Source of the DNA: an uncultured Planctomycetaceae bacterium
GTDB taxonomy: Bacteria > Planctomycetota > Planctomycetia > Isosphaerales > Isosphaeraceae
NCBI GenBank assembly: GCA_963833985.1
Contig: CAWIAD010000001.1
Coordinates: 192,001-256,000, forward strand
Length of the DNA: 64,000 bases
Direction of reading: 5' to 3'
Made by a program: the position numbers and the translations under genes. Below, piece by piece: positions 51,379 through 60,359 of the stretch. The first letter of the stretch is position 1, and each line of letters opens with the position of its first letter. The notes under the pieces were generated by a model. It saw only the letters and a list, made by a program, of their open reading frames with translations, did not search any database and was not told where the DNA came from.

Positions 51379-54102
51379 TCAGCGCCCGCGCCCGACAGGC
51401 ACCCAGGTGCTCATGGCCTGGCTGCGACGGCTCGCTCGAAAATGGCGCCACTTCGGCCCCGCAAGCCTCAGCTGTGGAGGCGACGGGACGATGTTGTGGC
51501 CGAGCTTTCGCCTCCACCAGCGACCCGCGAGCTGGCGCAAACGATAGGCGGCCGCGGAAACCACAATCAGACCGGTCGGCATGCCCAGGTCCGCCTCCGT
51601 CATGCGCTCCGCGGCAGTCGCCGCATGGCGATCGCCGCGCTCCGCGGCCGCATTGCTTCCAGACCGGGCAAGCAGCTCCGACGTTACCGGGCCGGCGGAT
51701 CCGCGCGCGCTCGACTGACCCTGGTCCGCCCCCAGCCAGCGGCCAAGACGGCCGGCGATTTCGGCGATCCGGTCGGCCCTGAGCAGCGCCAGGGCGTCTC
51801 CGTTATGCCTGCCGGCAAGCATCAAACGGGCATCCGCGGCTGGCCCGCCTTGCGCCTGGTCGGCTTCCCCGGCCACGACAAGGTTCTCGCTGGGCGTTGC
51901 GGAGGTGTTCGGGGCCTGTACATCGTGGCCGGACGAGCTCGGCGCCTGGAACGGGATACCAGGAAAGAGGGCGAGCGAACCGGTGGCCTGCGCGCTCCAG
52001 CCGCCCACCGCGCCGGTGCCGGCCGCGGCGAGTGGCTCGCTCACGATCGATGGTGTACCCAGCAATCCCGAGCTCACCGTCACCAGCAGGCTGGACGGAA
52101 CCACCGAGACGGCACCCGTATTCGCCACGGTCCCGCCGATGGAAGGGGCAGCGATCGCGGCAACGCCGGGCCCGGAGGGGCCCTGGTTCGAAGCGACGGC
52201 CGAAGACTGGTCGACGGTCCCCGTGATCCCTGCGTTCGTGCTCGGCGGAGCCGTGATCGTGGCGGGAGGTGAAGACGGCGACGCACCGAGCCGAAGGCTC
52301 AACGCGGCGCTCTGCCCCACGCCGTTATTGAGCAGGGACTCGTAGTCGATCAACGCCGTCTTGACGGACCAGAAGCCGACGGCTGACTCAGCCCCCAGCG
52401 AGGTGAAGCTCAGGAAATAGGTCCCCGCCGTCAGGCTCAACGTGTCGGTATGAGCCGTCCCGGCATCATCAGCATTCACGATGGTCAAGCCGTCCGGGCC
52501 GGCAACCACAACCTGCGCGGCTCCCTGGAGAAACGAGGTTTCCAGGGTATACAGGCCGGTCACCGGCGCGACAAAACGGCTCGTGACCTGGTGCCCAGGC
52601 AAGATCACGGTAGGCGGTGAGACGGCCGCCTGATGCGAGGGCCAGATGACGCCGAGGTTCCCGCTGGCGGTCGGCTGCGGCGCTGCGTCGGCCGGCACCG
52701 TGAACGTCGCCAGCACTCCCGGGATATGCCCCGCGGAAACCGGCGCACGGCCGGTGAGGTCGGTCATTCCGCCGCTTGCCGGCAGAACGACCGTGTACTG
52801 CCCGGGCGGCAAGGGCTGGTCGAAAACGAAGCTCACCAGGCTGCTGGAAGGCAGATATCCGGATGCAAAGAGCGGCCAGACCTTGCCCGCCGCGTCATAA
52901 ACCTGAACCGGAGAGCTCACCGCCGAGCTGGACCGCAAACTGTCCAGGGAGATGGGCCCCGAAAAGTTCAGGTTCATTCCGGTCGGCGATGATCCGAGGG
53001 GATCGCCCCATTGCAGCGTAAAGTTCGTGAGCTGGGTCAGGCTGTCCGCGGCATCGGCAACGACCCTGAGGTCGTAGCCACCGCCTGCTTGCTTCAGGCC
53101 GGCGGTGCCATTCGTTCCGGTCACGGGGTTGTAGCCGCCGGGCTGCCCTGCCAGGTTCCCCGCGCCCGAGAGTCCGATGTAGTAGACACCCGGAAGCAGC
53201 CCGGTGAACAGGTAGGGATCGTTCGGCGAACCAACAAGACCCGTGCCCGAATCTCGGGTTGCGAGTACATTGCCCTGCTGGTCGAAGAGAGTCAAGGCAC
53301 CCATGAGCGGACTGCCTATCCGCTGGGCGTTCAGCTCCGCGCCGAGCTGCCAGTAGTGGCCCGGACCAAGAGTCAACTTGTAGAGAGTAACGGAAGTCGC
53401 ACCACCCGTGAGGTCGAGCCATCCGGACGTGGAAACCACCTGAGAGCCGATAATTCCCAGGTCGGTCGCGTTGCTCAGCGTCGCACCCGAGGGTGTGACT
53501 GGAATACTGGGAGCGATCGTGAAATTCGCGAGCGTCTGATCGACGCTGGGATCCCATTGACCACCTGTGAGCGTAACAGGATCCGCTCCACTGAGATAAA
53601 CCGATAAGCCGGAGTCTCCGACGAGGACGATCCGGTAGTGGCCGGCTGGCAAGCTTGAGTCGATGGGAATCGTCGCCTGGGTCCCGGTGCCGTCGAACGA
53701 GGCAACCGGGGGATTGAGCGCGTCAAGGATCGGCGTTGTGGTGCCGTCCGAATTCACCTGCTCGAGTTGAATGTTCCCGTCTGTCCAGAGGAAATCTACC
53801 TCCTGGTTGAAGATGATCACCAGTGCATCCGGGGAATGGGTCATCGTTGAGCCGTCGGCCGGTGAGGTCGAGATCATGCTGGCGGCCGCGCTCAACGTTG
53901 CTCCCGCCTGGCTCGTGGAAGCGTCCGCAGGCTGGATCATCGCCACTCCCGGCGAGGCCTCGCCGGGCAGCAGCGCCGGTGAAAGCAAAACGGATGAGCC
54001 TGGCGTGGATCCGCCCGGTAGGGACAGCAACTGGCGCGGCTCCAGCCCCTCAAGGCTGAAGCCGCGTCCGGTCTTCATTCGACGTCGCAAGGCGCGGCTC
54101 AT
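51379..54102 (-). CDS. Surface protein with LEPR-xLL leader, Ig-like and PPC-like domains and C-terminal membrane anchor
   Basis: FSLEGLEPRQLLS; STSPADG; DPYLFTGLLPGVYYIGLSG; tail PTGLIVVSAAAYRLRQLAGRWWRRK. Confidence 0.8.
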   Translation of the reverse strand: MSRALRRRMKTGRGFSLEGLEPRQLLSLPGGSTPGSSVLLSPALLPGEASPGVAMIQPADASTSQAGATLSAAASMISTSPADGSTMTHSPDALVIIFNQEVDFLWTDGNIQLEQVNSDGTTTPILDALNPPVASFDGTGTQATIPIDSSLPAGHYRIVLVGDSGLSVYLSGADPVTLTGGQWDPSVDQTLANFTIAPSIPVTPSGATLSNATDLGIIGSQVVSTSGWLDLTGGATSVTLYKLTLGPGHYWQLGAELNAQRIGSPLMGALTLFDQQGNVLATRDSGTGLVGSPNDPYLFTGLLPGVYYIGLSGAGNLAGQPGGYNPVTGTNGTAGLKQAGGGYDLRVVADAADSLTQLTNFTLQWGDPLGSSPTGMNLNFSGPISLDSLRSSSAVSSPVQVYDAAGKVWPLFASGYLPSSSLVSFVFDQPLPPGQYTVVLPASGGMTDLTGRAPVSAGHIPGVLATFTVPADAAPQPTASGNLGVIWPSHQAAVSPPTVILPGHQVTSRFVAPVTGLYTLETSFLQGAAQVVVAGPDGLTIVNADDAGTAHTDTLSLTAGTYFLSFTSLGAESAVGFWSVKTALIDYESLLNNGVGQSAALSLRLGASPSSPPATITAPPSTNAGITGTVDQSSAVASNQGPSGPGVAAIAAPSIGGTVANTGAVSVVPSSLLVTVSSGLLGTPSIVSEPLAAAGTGAVGGWSAQATGSLALFPGIPFQAPSSSGHDVQAPNTSATPSENLVVAGEADQAQGGPAADARLMLAGRHNGDALALLRADRIAEIAGRLGRWLGADQGQSSARGSAGPVTSELLARSGSNAAAERGDRHAATAAERMTEADLGMPTGLIVVSAAAYRLRQLAGRWWRRKLGHNIVPSPPQLRLAGPKWRHFRASRRSQAMSTWVPVGRGR

Positions 54103-54222
54103 GAAGTCACCACGAATTCAAGTCGGGAAAAAGCCGGGAAGAGTGAGCATTTGCGGGCGAGGGACGATTCCAGGTTGCAAAGCGGAACGCCCGCGCGCCT
54201 TGACCGAATGTCTCCTGCGAGA

Positions 54223-55743
54223 TCAGTGCATTCGCACGACCTTCAGGGAGCCGCCGTGGGTCGGCGGCAGCAACTGGTTTTTCGGTTTCCAGTTCATGAG
54301 CAGGTGATCGACCGCCTGGAGGGTCGAGAGCGTCGAACCCGGATGAGCGGCCAGCAGGTGTCTCGGCGAGCTCAAGGTGCCGGATGGTAGGATCGTTGGG
54401 ATGGTCCGGGCATAGCTTGTCGTGGTGACCAGTGTGGTCGTGGCACCCGCTGGCTGTGCCTGCGACTGCGTGGGCGCGGCCATGGCGAGGTTCGGCGAGA
54501 GGGCTCCCCCTCCATTCGATCCACTGCCACCATTCAAGATTGTTGCGTCGAGCACGTTGCCAACGGCGGTGAGGTTGCCGATGGTGACAATCTGGACGGG
54601 AGCGCTTGCTCCGCCCCCGCCCTGATCAGGCTGCTGGGCCACGACCGTGTTCGGCGGGGCGATGGGCGGCTGGTAGACCGAGCCGAAATTGAGCTCGAGC
54701 CCGAATCCTCCGGTTGACGAGCCCAGGCCCGTCCCGTTGGCGCGAATGAAATAGCTCTGCCCGGGCGCCACTCCGGCGATCGAGACCGAGGCCGTCCCGC
54801 CGAATGCCGTTGACGTCGCCGTGGCGAGGGGCTTCAACCCGGACGTGTAGACGTAGACAACCGGGCTGAGGCTGCTCAGGTTGCTGGACTGCACCGTGGC
54901 AACCATTGTGCCGCTGGTGGAGCTGGGGACCGTAACCTTGAACCACTCGGCCTGGCTGCCGGAGGTGATATCCAGGCTTGGAATTGCCACCTGTCCATTA
55001 CTATCGATGTAGCTGTTCAGGTTCGTCGCTTTGGCATAGTTGCTGTTCGACAGGCCGTTACTGTTGAACTGATCGTACTGCGAGGCGCCCCAGACAGATT
55101 GGATGCCCGCGACGTCGTCGCTGGTGAGCGACTGCTTCATGCCGTTGTAATAGGCGTACATGCAGGCCGTGGTGATCTGCGATTCGCCCAGACCCAGCGC
55201 GTGGCCGAACTCGTGGATGGCCACGGTCTCCAGGTCGTAATTGCTGTTGATCTGCCAGGTCACGTTCGGGTTGGTGTTCAGGAACATATCACCGGCGTCG
55301 GTGCCGCCGTTGTAGGGCGGAGGCAGGAAGGTCTCGCCCAGTGCACCGGTACCAAGGTTCACTCCGCCGATGCGGATATCGCCGAACCGCGGGTCGTCTT
55401 GCTGGTTGCCGTTGCACGCTTCCGGACTGCCATTGTCGGAGACCAGAGCCAGGTTGATGTTCGCGACCGCTTCCCATACGGAGGCGGCCTTCTCGATGGC
55501 CCCCTGCCAGGCGGCCGTCGAGAACTTGGCGTTCATCGTGGAATTGAGGTTGCTGGGAGTGCCGCCGATGGAGGTTCCATCGGGCATGAAGCTGTAGGTG
55601 ATCCGGCTGCCGAAGACGAAATGACCGCCATACGCGGAATAAAGCAGGAGACGGTCCTCCAGACCTTCCAGTAAGGGACGCGTGGATCGCTTCGGGGATC
55701 GCTCGCCGGACCTTGATTTCGACGGACGTAAGTGAAAGAGCAT
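54223..55743 (-). CDS. Matrixin (M10A-like) metalloprotease with planctomycete leader and PPC domain
   Basis: LEGLEDRLLL; ITYSF.PDG; GDIRIGG; DLETVAIHEFGHALGLGES; Met-turn CMY; DDVAGIQSVWG. Confidence 0.88.
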   Translation of the reverse strand: MLFHLRPSKSRSGERSPKRSTRPLLEGLEDRLLLYSAYGGHFVFGSRITYSFMPDGTSIGGTPSNLNSTMNAKFSTAAWQGAIEKAASVWEAVANINLALVSDNGSPEACNGNQQDDPRFGDIRIGGVNLGTGALGETFLPPPYNGGTDAGDMFLNTNPNVTWQINSNYDLETVAIHEFGHALGLGESQITTACMYAYYNGMKQSLTSDDVAGIQSVWGASQYDQFNSNGLSNSNYAKATNLNSYIDSNGQVAIPSLDITSGSQAEWFKVTVPSSTSGTMVATVQSSNLSSLSPVVYVYTSGLKPLATATSTAFGGTASVSIAGVAPGQSYFIRANGTGLGSSTGGFGLELNFGSVYQPPIAPPNTVVAQQPDQGGGGASAPVQIVTIGNLTAVGNVLDATILNGGSGSNGGGALSPNLAMAAPTQSQAQPAGATTTLVTTTSYARTIPTILPSGTLSSPRHLLAAHPGSTLSTLQAVDHLLMNWKPKNQLLPPTHGGSLKVVRMH

Positions 55744-55976
55744 TCGAACGCTCCGTGCTTCTCCTCGATGTGTTGTCTGCACTAGCTGACACACGGACTT
55801 GAGACGAAAAAAGTGAAGTTGCGAGTCGGCGTACGCACCGGGACCCAGTTGGTGTCTGATGTCCTGGCGCTTTCTAAGGGAACACTAGGTCCCATTCCCA
55901 GCCAGGGCGGGCATGGTGAGAAGCGGAAACACCAGGGCCAGGCCGGCACGCGAGAGCCTCCTGGCACAAGAAGGCA

Positions 55977-57716
55977 GGGTGTAAGACACGGTTCGTTTTT
56001 CTGAGGTCCTACGCCGCTTTCCCAGTTTCCCTGGCTTTATAGTTGCGGAAGGGGCTGCTGGGCCTCTCTTTGAGGTACCGATCCAGGCGTCCGTCCTCCG
56101 AGAGGAACGACGCTCGAAGCTGAAGCATCGTCTCGGCACCGGCGTCGCTCCAGAATTTCTCCGACCCCTTGACCCGCCGGTTGAAGATCTTCACGGTCGA
56201 CTCCACGTGACTGCTCGTCCACGGCAATCCCCCGCGTCGATAAGCAGGGTAGTCCATCCGCTCTCGATTATGCTCCAGGTAGCCGAGTTCTTGGGCGATG
56301 ATCTTGCGCGGGTCATCGTCGGCCAGCCGTTCGAGCTCGTCTCCGGATAAGGACGCCTGGGCATCTCGCAGGGTACGGAGTTCCTCGATCACCTGGCCCA
56401 CGCGTCCCTTCCAGCAGGCCTCTGCCCATGCCTGGAACAACTCCCAGCGGCCTTCGGTCTCGACCGCCGCAGCCTTGGCGGCCGCGAACAGGTGACCCAG
56501 GGCGTGGAGAAAATCAACGATGGCCAGAAAGGTCGGAAAATGCCGTTGCTGCAATTTCCAGATCCAGGCCGAGCCGTCCCCCAGGAACGCCCGATGAGCC
56601 GCTTTCATGAGATTGCGTCGCCACGCCTCCGCGGCCACCATCGGCCCGAATTGCTCGCTGGAGCAGGTGCTCGCCACGTAAGTCCGCACCACCAGTTCGG
56701 GCCTTTCCCTCGGCTCGGACCGATCCCCGGGGGACGGCAGAGATGCTTCGTCGATGTTCTCCGCCGGGGCCTCCTGTAGGCCCATCGAGCTCGCCCCGCT
56801 GATCCCGCCGACAAGCTTCTCGACGTATCCCCGGTCGCGGTAGCAGGCGGGCAACTCCGGCTCCGGGTCGCAGTCCGAGACGACATTGGCCATGGTGGCC
56901 AGAATCGCGATCTTGTCCTCACGCCAGGACGCATCATGGGCACCGGGCCCTTCCCCCTGGCCGCGAATCTGCAGCCGGCCGCCGTCAACCTCGACCACTG
57001 CCAGAGCCGGCCGTGTCTCGACTCGCGGCTCGAGCTTATGGGCTTGAAGTTCGCTCACATGCTGATCTCTCTCGGCCTGCAATTGTTGGCCGACCTCCTG
57101 GGCGATGCGGCCGATCTGCCGACTGCCGATGGTCACCTCGGCCAATTCCGCCATCGCCTCGGCCGCCTCCCGGAAGGAGGGCTCCCGGGCACCGCAACGG
57201 ACGATCTTGCGCAGCACCGAAGGGCTGTAGTCATGTGGCGTGAGGCGCAAGGCCGGACGCTGAGGGAAAAAAATCCCGGCGACATGCCGGGCAGTGGCAC
57301 TTCGGTTCGGCGTAGGTGACCTTGCCTCCCCAGAATTCAATGGTTCGATCGTTGCGTTGCACCGGACAGAGCCGCTTGCAGTTGGGACAAGGCTGCTCGG
57401 CCCCCAAGAGGGAGGCTTTCTGCTTCAGGAGTTCCTCGATGGTTCCCTTGGCCACGGCACAGGCCGCGGTCATGGCCATTTGTTCCATGTCGTCGGCATC
57501 GAGGTCCAGGTCAGGCCCAACTTCTTCGTGGACCCGTCGCGCCACAGTTTTCCCCCACCCTTTGGCCATCTGCTCGACCCCGGTGCGATCCATCGATGGT
57601 GACTTACGGAAAGGCATAGCAGGTCCCTCCTTGGACTTCCGGTGACGGACAATTTGGGAAACTTGACTTGACATGCTACCACCGGCCTCGGGCGGCGCGA
57701 ACCGCGTCTTACACCC
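55977..57716 (-). mobile_element. Complete ISKra4-like insertion sequence, 1740 bp
   Basis: Terminal IRs GGGTGTAAGAC(A/G)CGGTTCG at 55977-55995 and 57698-57716; 9-bp target duplication AAGAAGGCA at 55968-55976 and 57717-57725. Confidence 0.9.
56009..57617 (-). CDS. ISKra4-like DDE transposase in two frames joined at a T7 run
   Basis: orfA 57231-57617 has CPNC...CHCPACRRDFFP; orfB has VEVDGG, WREDK, LGDGSAWIW, VDFLHA, RMDYP.YR..GLP..SS.VES. Confidence 0.88.
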
Positions 57717-57842
57717 AAGAAGGCACTCGAACTCGACAGCCGCTTGGCATGGCGATCAGCGGGGCTTATAATATGCTTTGCTATGACGCGTGTCCCACTG
57801 GCGCCGTCTCCCGGTGACGGCTCTTCGGGGGATACAAGATCC

Positions 57843-58928
57843 ATGGATACGCACCCTGCCCCCAAGCCAGATTCCCCGATCGCCACGACGACCGTGACTG
57901 AAGCCAGATCCGACGCCGACCGAAGCCCGCAGCTCGGCGCGTTGCCGCAACCCCGATACTCCATCGCCGCGGTCTCGAAGCTGACCGGAATCAGTTGCCA
58001 TACCCTGCGGGTCTGGGAACGGCGCTACGGATTTCCCGTTCCCGAGCGGTCGGCGTCAGGCCACCGTCGTTACGACGGCGCGCAGGTGCAGACACTCTGC
58101 CGCATCTCCGAGTTGAACCGGTCCAGCCGGCAATCGATCGGCGAGCTGATCTCCCGCGTCGGCGGCGAGGAAGCGAAGACGGAAGAGCTCGCCGTGCCCG
58201 GCGCGGCGTCGGCCGAGGAGGCGGCCCGCAGCCGCCTGGTCGGCAAGCTGATCCTGGGAGACTATTTGGAAGCGGAGCGTGAATATGCCGGACTCACCAC
58301 CCGCCTGGATCCCTGGGGCATCGTCAACCACGTGATTCATCCGGTTCTGATCGAAGCCGGTGAAGGATGGTTTCGAAAGTGCCATTCGGTCTTCCAGGAG
58401 CGGCTCATCACGGTATTCATGAGACAGAAGCTGGTCTTGATGATCCAGGCCGCCCGCGAGGCGAATCTCCAGCCCACGCGGAGCGTGATCGCGGGAACCG
58501 TGCAGGGAGACCGTCACGAGGGCGGGGTCCTGATGTTCAACCTGGTGATGGAGATGCGCGGCTGGAGGGTGTACAACCTTGGAGTGGATGTTCCCGTGCG
58601 CGAATACGGCCTGGCCATCGAGCGGCTACGCCCGTCCGCACTGGCGCTCTCGTTCGTGCTCTCGCGGAACATCAAGAAGCGATTCCAGGAGTTGCAGCAG
58701 ATTCAGGCTGTTCCCGTCTTCGTCGGCGGCCGGAGTATCGTGAACTATCAATCCATGGCACGAAGCCATGGACTGATCCCGCTTGTCGGGCCGATCCTGA
58801 AGTCGACCGACCAGCTTGAAGCAGGATTTGGCCGCTGGTCCCTCCGCCGCGGTGCGGACAGCGAAGCACCGGAGACCGTCACCCAACAAGAAAGGCGACC
58901 TGCTTCGCCGGGAAGCAGCTCGCCTTGA
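57843..58928 (+). CDS. MerR-family regulator with B12-binding domain (CarH/LitR-like); alternative start 57783
   Basis: YSIAAVSKLTGISCHTLRVWERRYG...SGHRRY; GDRHEGG; GWRVYNLG; ALS; VFVGG. Confidence 0.88.
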   Translation: MDTHPAPKPDSPIATTTVTEARSDADRSPQLGALPQPRYSIAAVSKLTGISCHTLRVWERRYGFPVPERSASGHRRYDGAQVQTLCRISELNRSSRQSIGELISRVGGEEAKTEELAVPGAASAEEAARSRLVGKLILGDYLEAEREYAGLTTRLDPWGIVNHVIHPVLIEAGEGWFRKCHSVFQERLITVFMRQKLVLMIQAAREANLQPTRSVIAGTVQGDRHEGGVLMFNLVMEMRGWRVYNLGVDVPVREYGLAIERLRPSALALSFVLSRNIKKRFQELQQIQAVPVFVGGRSIVNYQSMARSHGLIPLVGPILKSTDQLEAGFGRWSLRRGADSEAPETVTQQERRPASPGSSSP

Positions 58929-59001
58929 TGGGGAGGGGAGCCTGGCCTCGCGAGCAAACCGCGGAGGGCCAAGCTCGATTGACGCCTGCACGACCTCCGG
59001 A

Positions 59002-59778
59002 TCAGTGCTGAGGAGCAGCCTTGGCCGGAGCATAGGGTGCCGCGGACTGAGGAGCCGGGGCGACCTTGGCCGGGGCCATGGGTGCCGCGGACTGAGGAGC
59101 CGGGGCGACCTTGGCCGGAGCCTGGGGAGCCGGGGCGACCTTGGCCGGAGCCTGGGGAGCCGGGGCGACCTTGGCCGGAGCCTGGGGAGCCGGGGCGACC
59201 TTGGCCGGAGCGTAAGGAGCCGGCGCCATCTTGGCCGGAGCCTGGGGAGCCGGGGCGACCTTGGCCGGAGCGTAAGGAGCCGGGGCCATCTTGGCCGGAG
59301 CCTGGGGAGCCGGGGCGACCTTCGACGGCGCGTAAGGAGCAGCCGCCTGAGGAGCCGGGGCGACCTTCGAGGGCGCCTGGGGAGCCGGGGCGACCTTCGA
59401 GGGCGCCTGGGGAGCCGGGGCGACCTTCGACGGCGCGTAGGGAGCCGGCGCCATCTTGGCCGGAGCCTGAGGAGCCGGGGCGACCTTCGACGGCGCGTAG
59501 GGAGCCGGCGCCATCTTGGCCGGAGCCTGAGGAGCCGGGGCGATCTTCGAGGGCGCCTGGGGAGCCGGAGCGATCTTCGAGGGCGCCTGGGGAGCCGGGG
59601 CGACCTTGGAGGGCGCCTGAGGAGCCGGGGCGACCTTGGAGGGCGCCTGAGGGGCCGGGGCGACCTTGGCCGGAGCCTGAGGAGCCGGGGCGACCTTCGC
59701 CGGAGCCTGAGCCGCAGGATAAGCCTGAGGGCTCTGTCCTGGCAGGCTCAGGGCAAGAACTAGAACCGCACTGGTCAT
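59002..59778 (-). CDS. Exported Pro/Ala-rich decapeptide-repeat protein, [APAP(Q/Y)AP(A/S)K(V/M/I)]n
   Basis: AGAGGA RBS; short hydrophobic N-terminus MTSAVLVLALSL; about 22 repeats; no Asp or Glu. Confidence 0.8.
   Translation of the reverse strand: MTSAVLVLALSLPGQSPQAYPAAQAPAKVAPAPQAPAKVAPAPQAPSKVAPAPQAPSKVAPAPQAPSKIAPAPQAPSKIAPAPQAPAKMAPAPYAPSKVAPAPQAPAKMAPAPYAPSKVAPAPQAPSKVAPAPQAPSKVAPAPQAAAPYAPSKVAPAPQAPAKMAPAPYAPAKVAPAPQAPAKMAPAPYAPAKVAPAPQAPAKVAPAPQAPAKVAPAPQAPAKVAPAPQSAAPMAPAKVAPAPQSAAPYAPAKAAPQH
59017..59712. repeat. 30-bp coding tandem repeat array, about 22 units
   Basis: Unit ggagccggggcgaccttggccggagcctg(g/a) with variants. Confidence 0.95.
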
Positions 59779-60359
59779 CGCGATGTCCTCTGTGAAGAGT
59801 GAGGTTGTCGGTCGACGTCTCGATCGAGTCGGTAAGCTGACATTCCCCTGATGGCTCGGCACGGCCGATGCTGAACAACGTCCGATCGCCAACACCACCG
59901 TTCCTGTCGTCGTTCTCTGGCCCGACCCATCGAGGCCGGGGCAGGAATCTTGTCCCTTGTCCGCAAACGGGACAATCCACGAAGGCCTCGGTTCGGTGGC
60001 GGAGGCCTCAAGCCGGTCATCTTGGCCGACTCTCGCTCTCCACCCCAGGGGTGGCCAATGCTGGTTATCGGCATCCGACTTCGATCCGTTTACTGAACTT
60101 GAGAAATTCGATAAGCTGCCAGTCCGGGGAACTCTAGGGGCTATGACGAGTATCCAGAGATTGGGCGACCGCGCATGGTCAATTGGTATCGACCTTGGGC
60201 CTTCACGATGCCGAACCATCACAGGGCATTTGAGGAAGCGACGTCGATCCCATAGGATGGAGATTCCCAGTAGGTGTTGGGGACACGGGCGTCCCCTGTG
60301 AGACCTGGGAATCAAGAGTCATCGGCGTATGTAACTCAACACCGGTATTGGGAGGCAGC

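Noticed and set aside
59017..59712. Repeat array as CRISPR
   Set aside because: Contiguous 30-bp units with no unique spacers, in-frame coding, and no cas genes
59856..59872. Sigma-54-like site TCGGCACGGCCGATGCT
   Set aside because: GG-N10-GC spacing is right, but it lies about 490 bp from the next plus-strand start and could occur by chance at this GC content
58748..59980. Alternative-frame repeat ORFs (GRPGS, PEPGEPGRPW, RSRGDLG)
   Set aside because: Open only because the repeat lacks stops; only the PAPQAPAK frame has an RBS and a signal-like N-terminus
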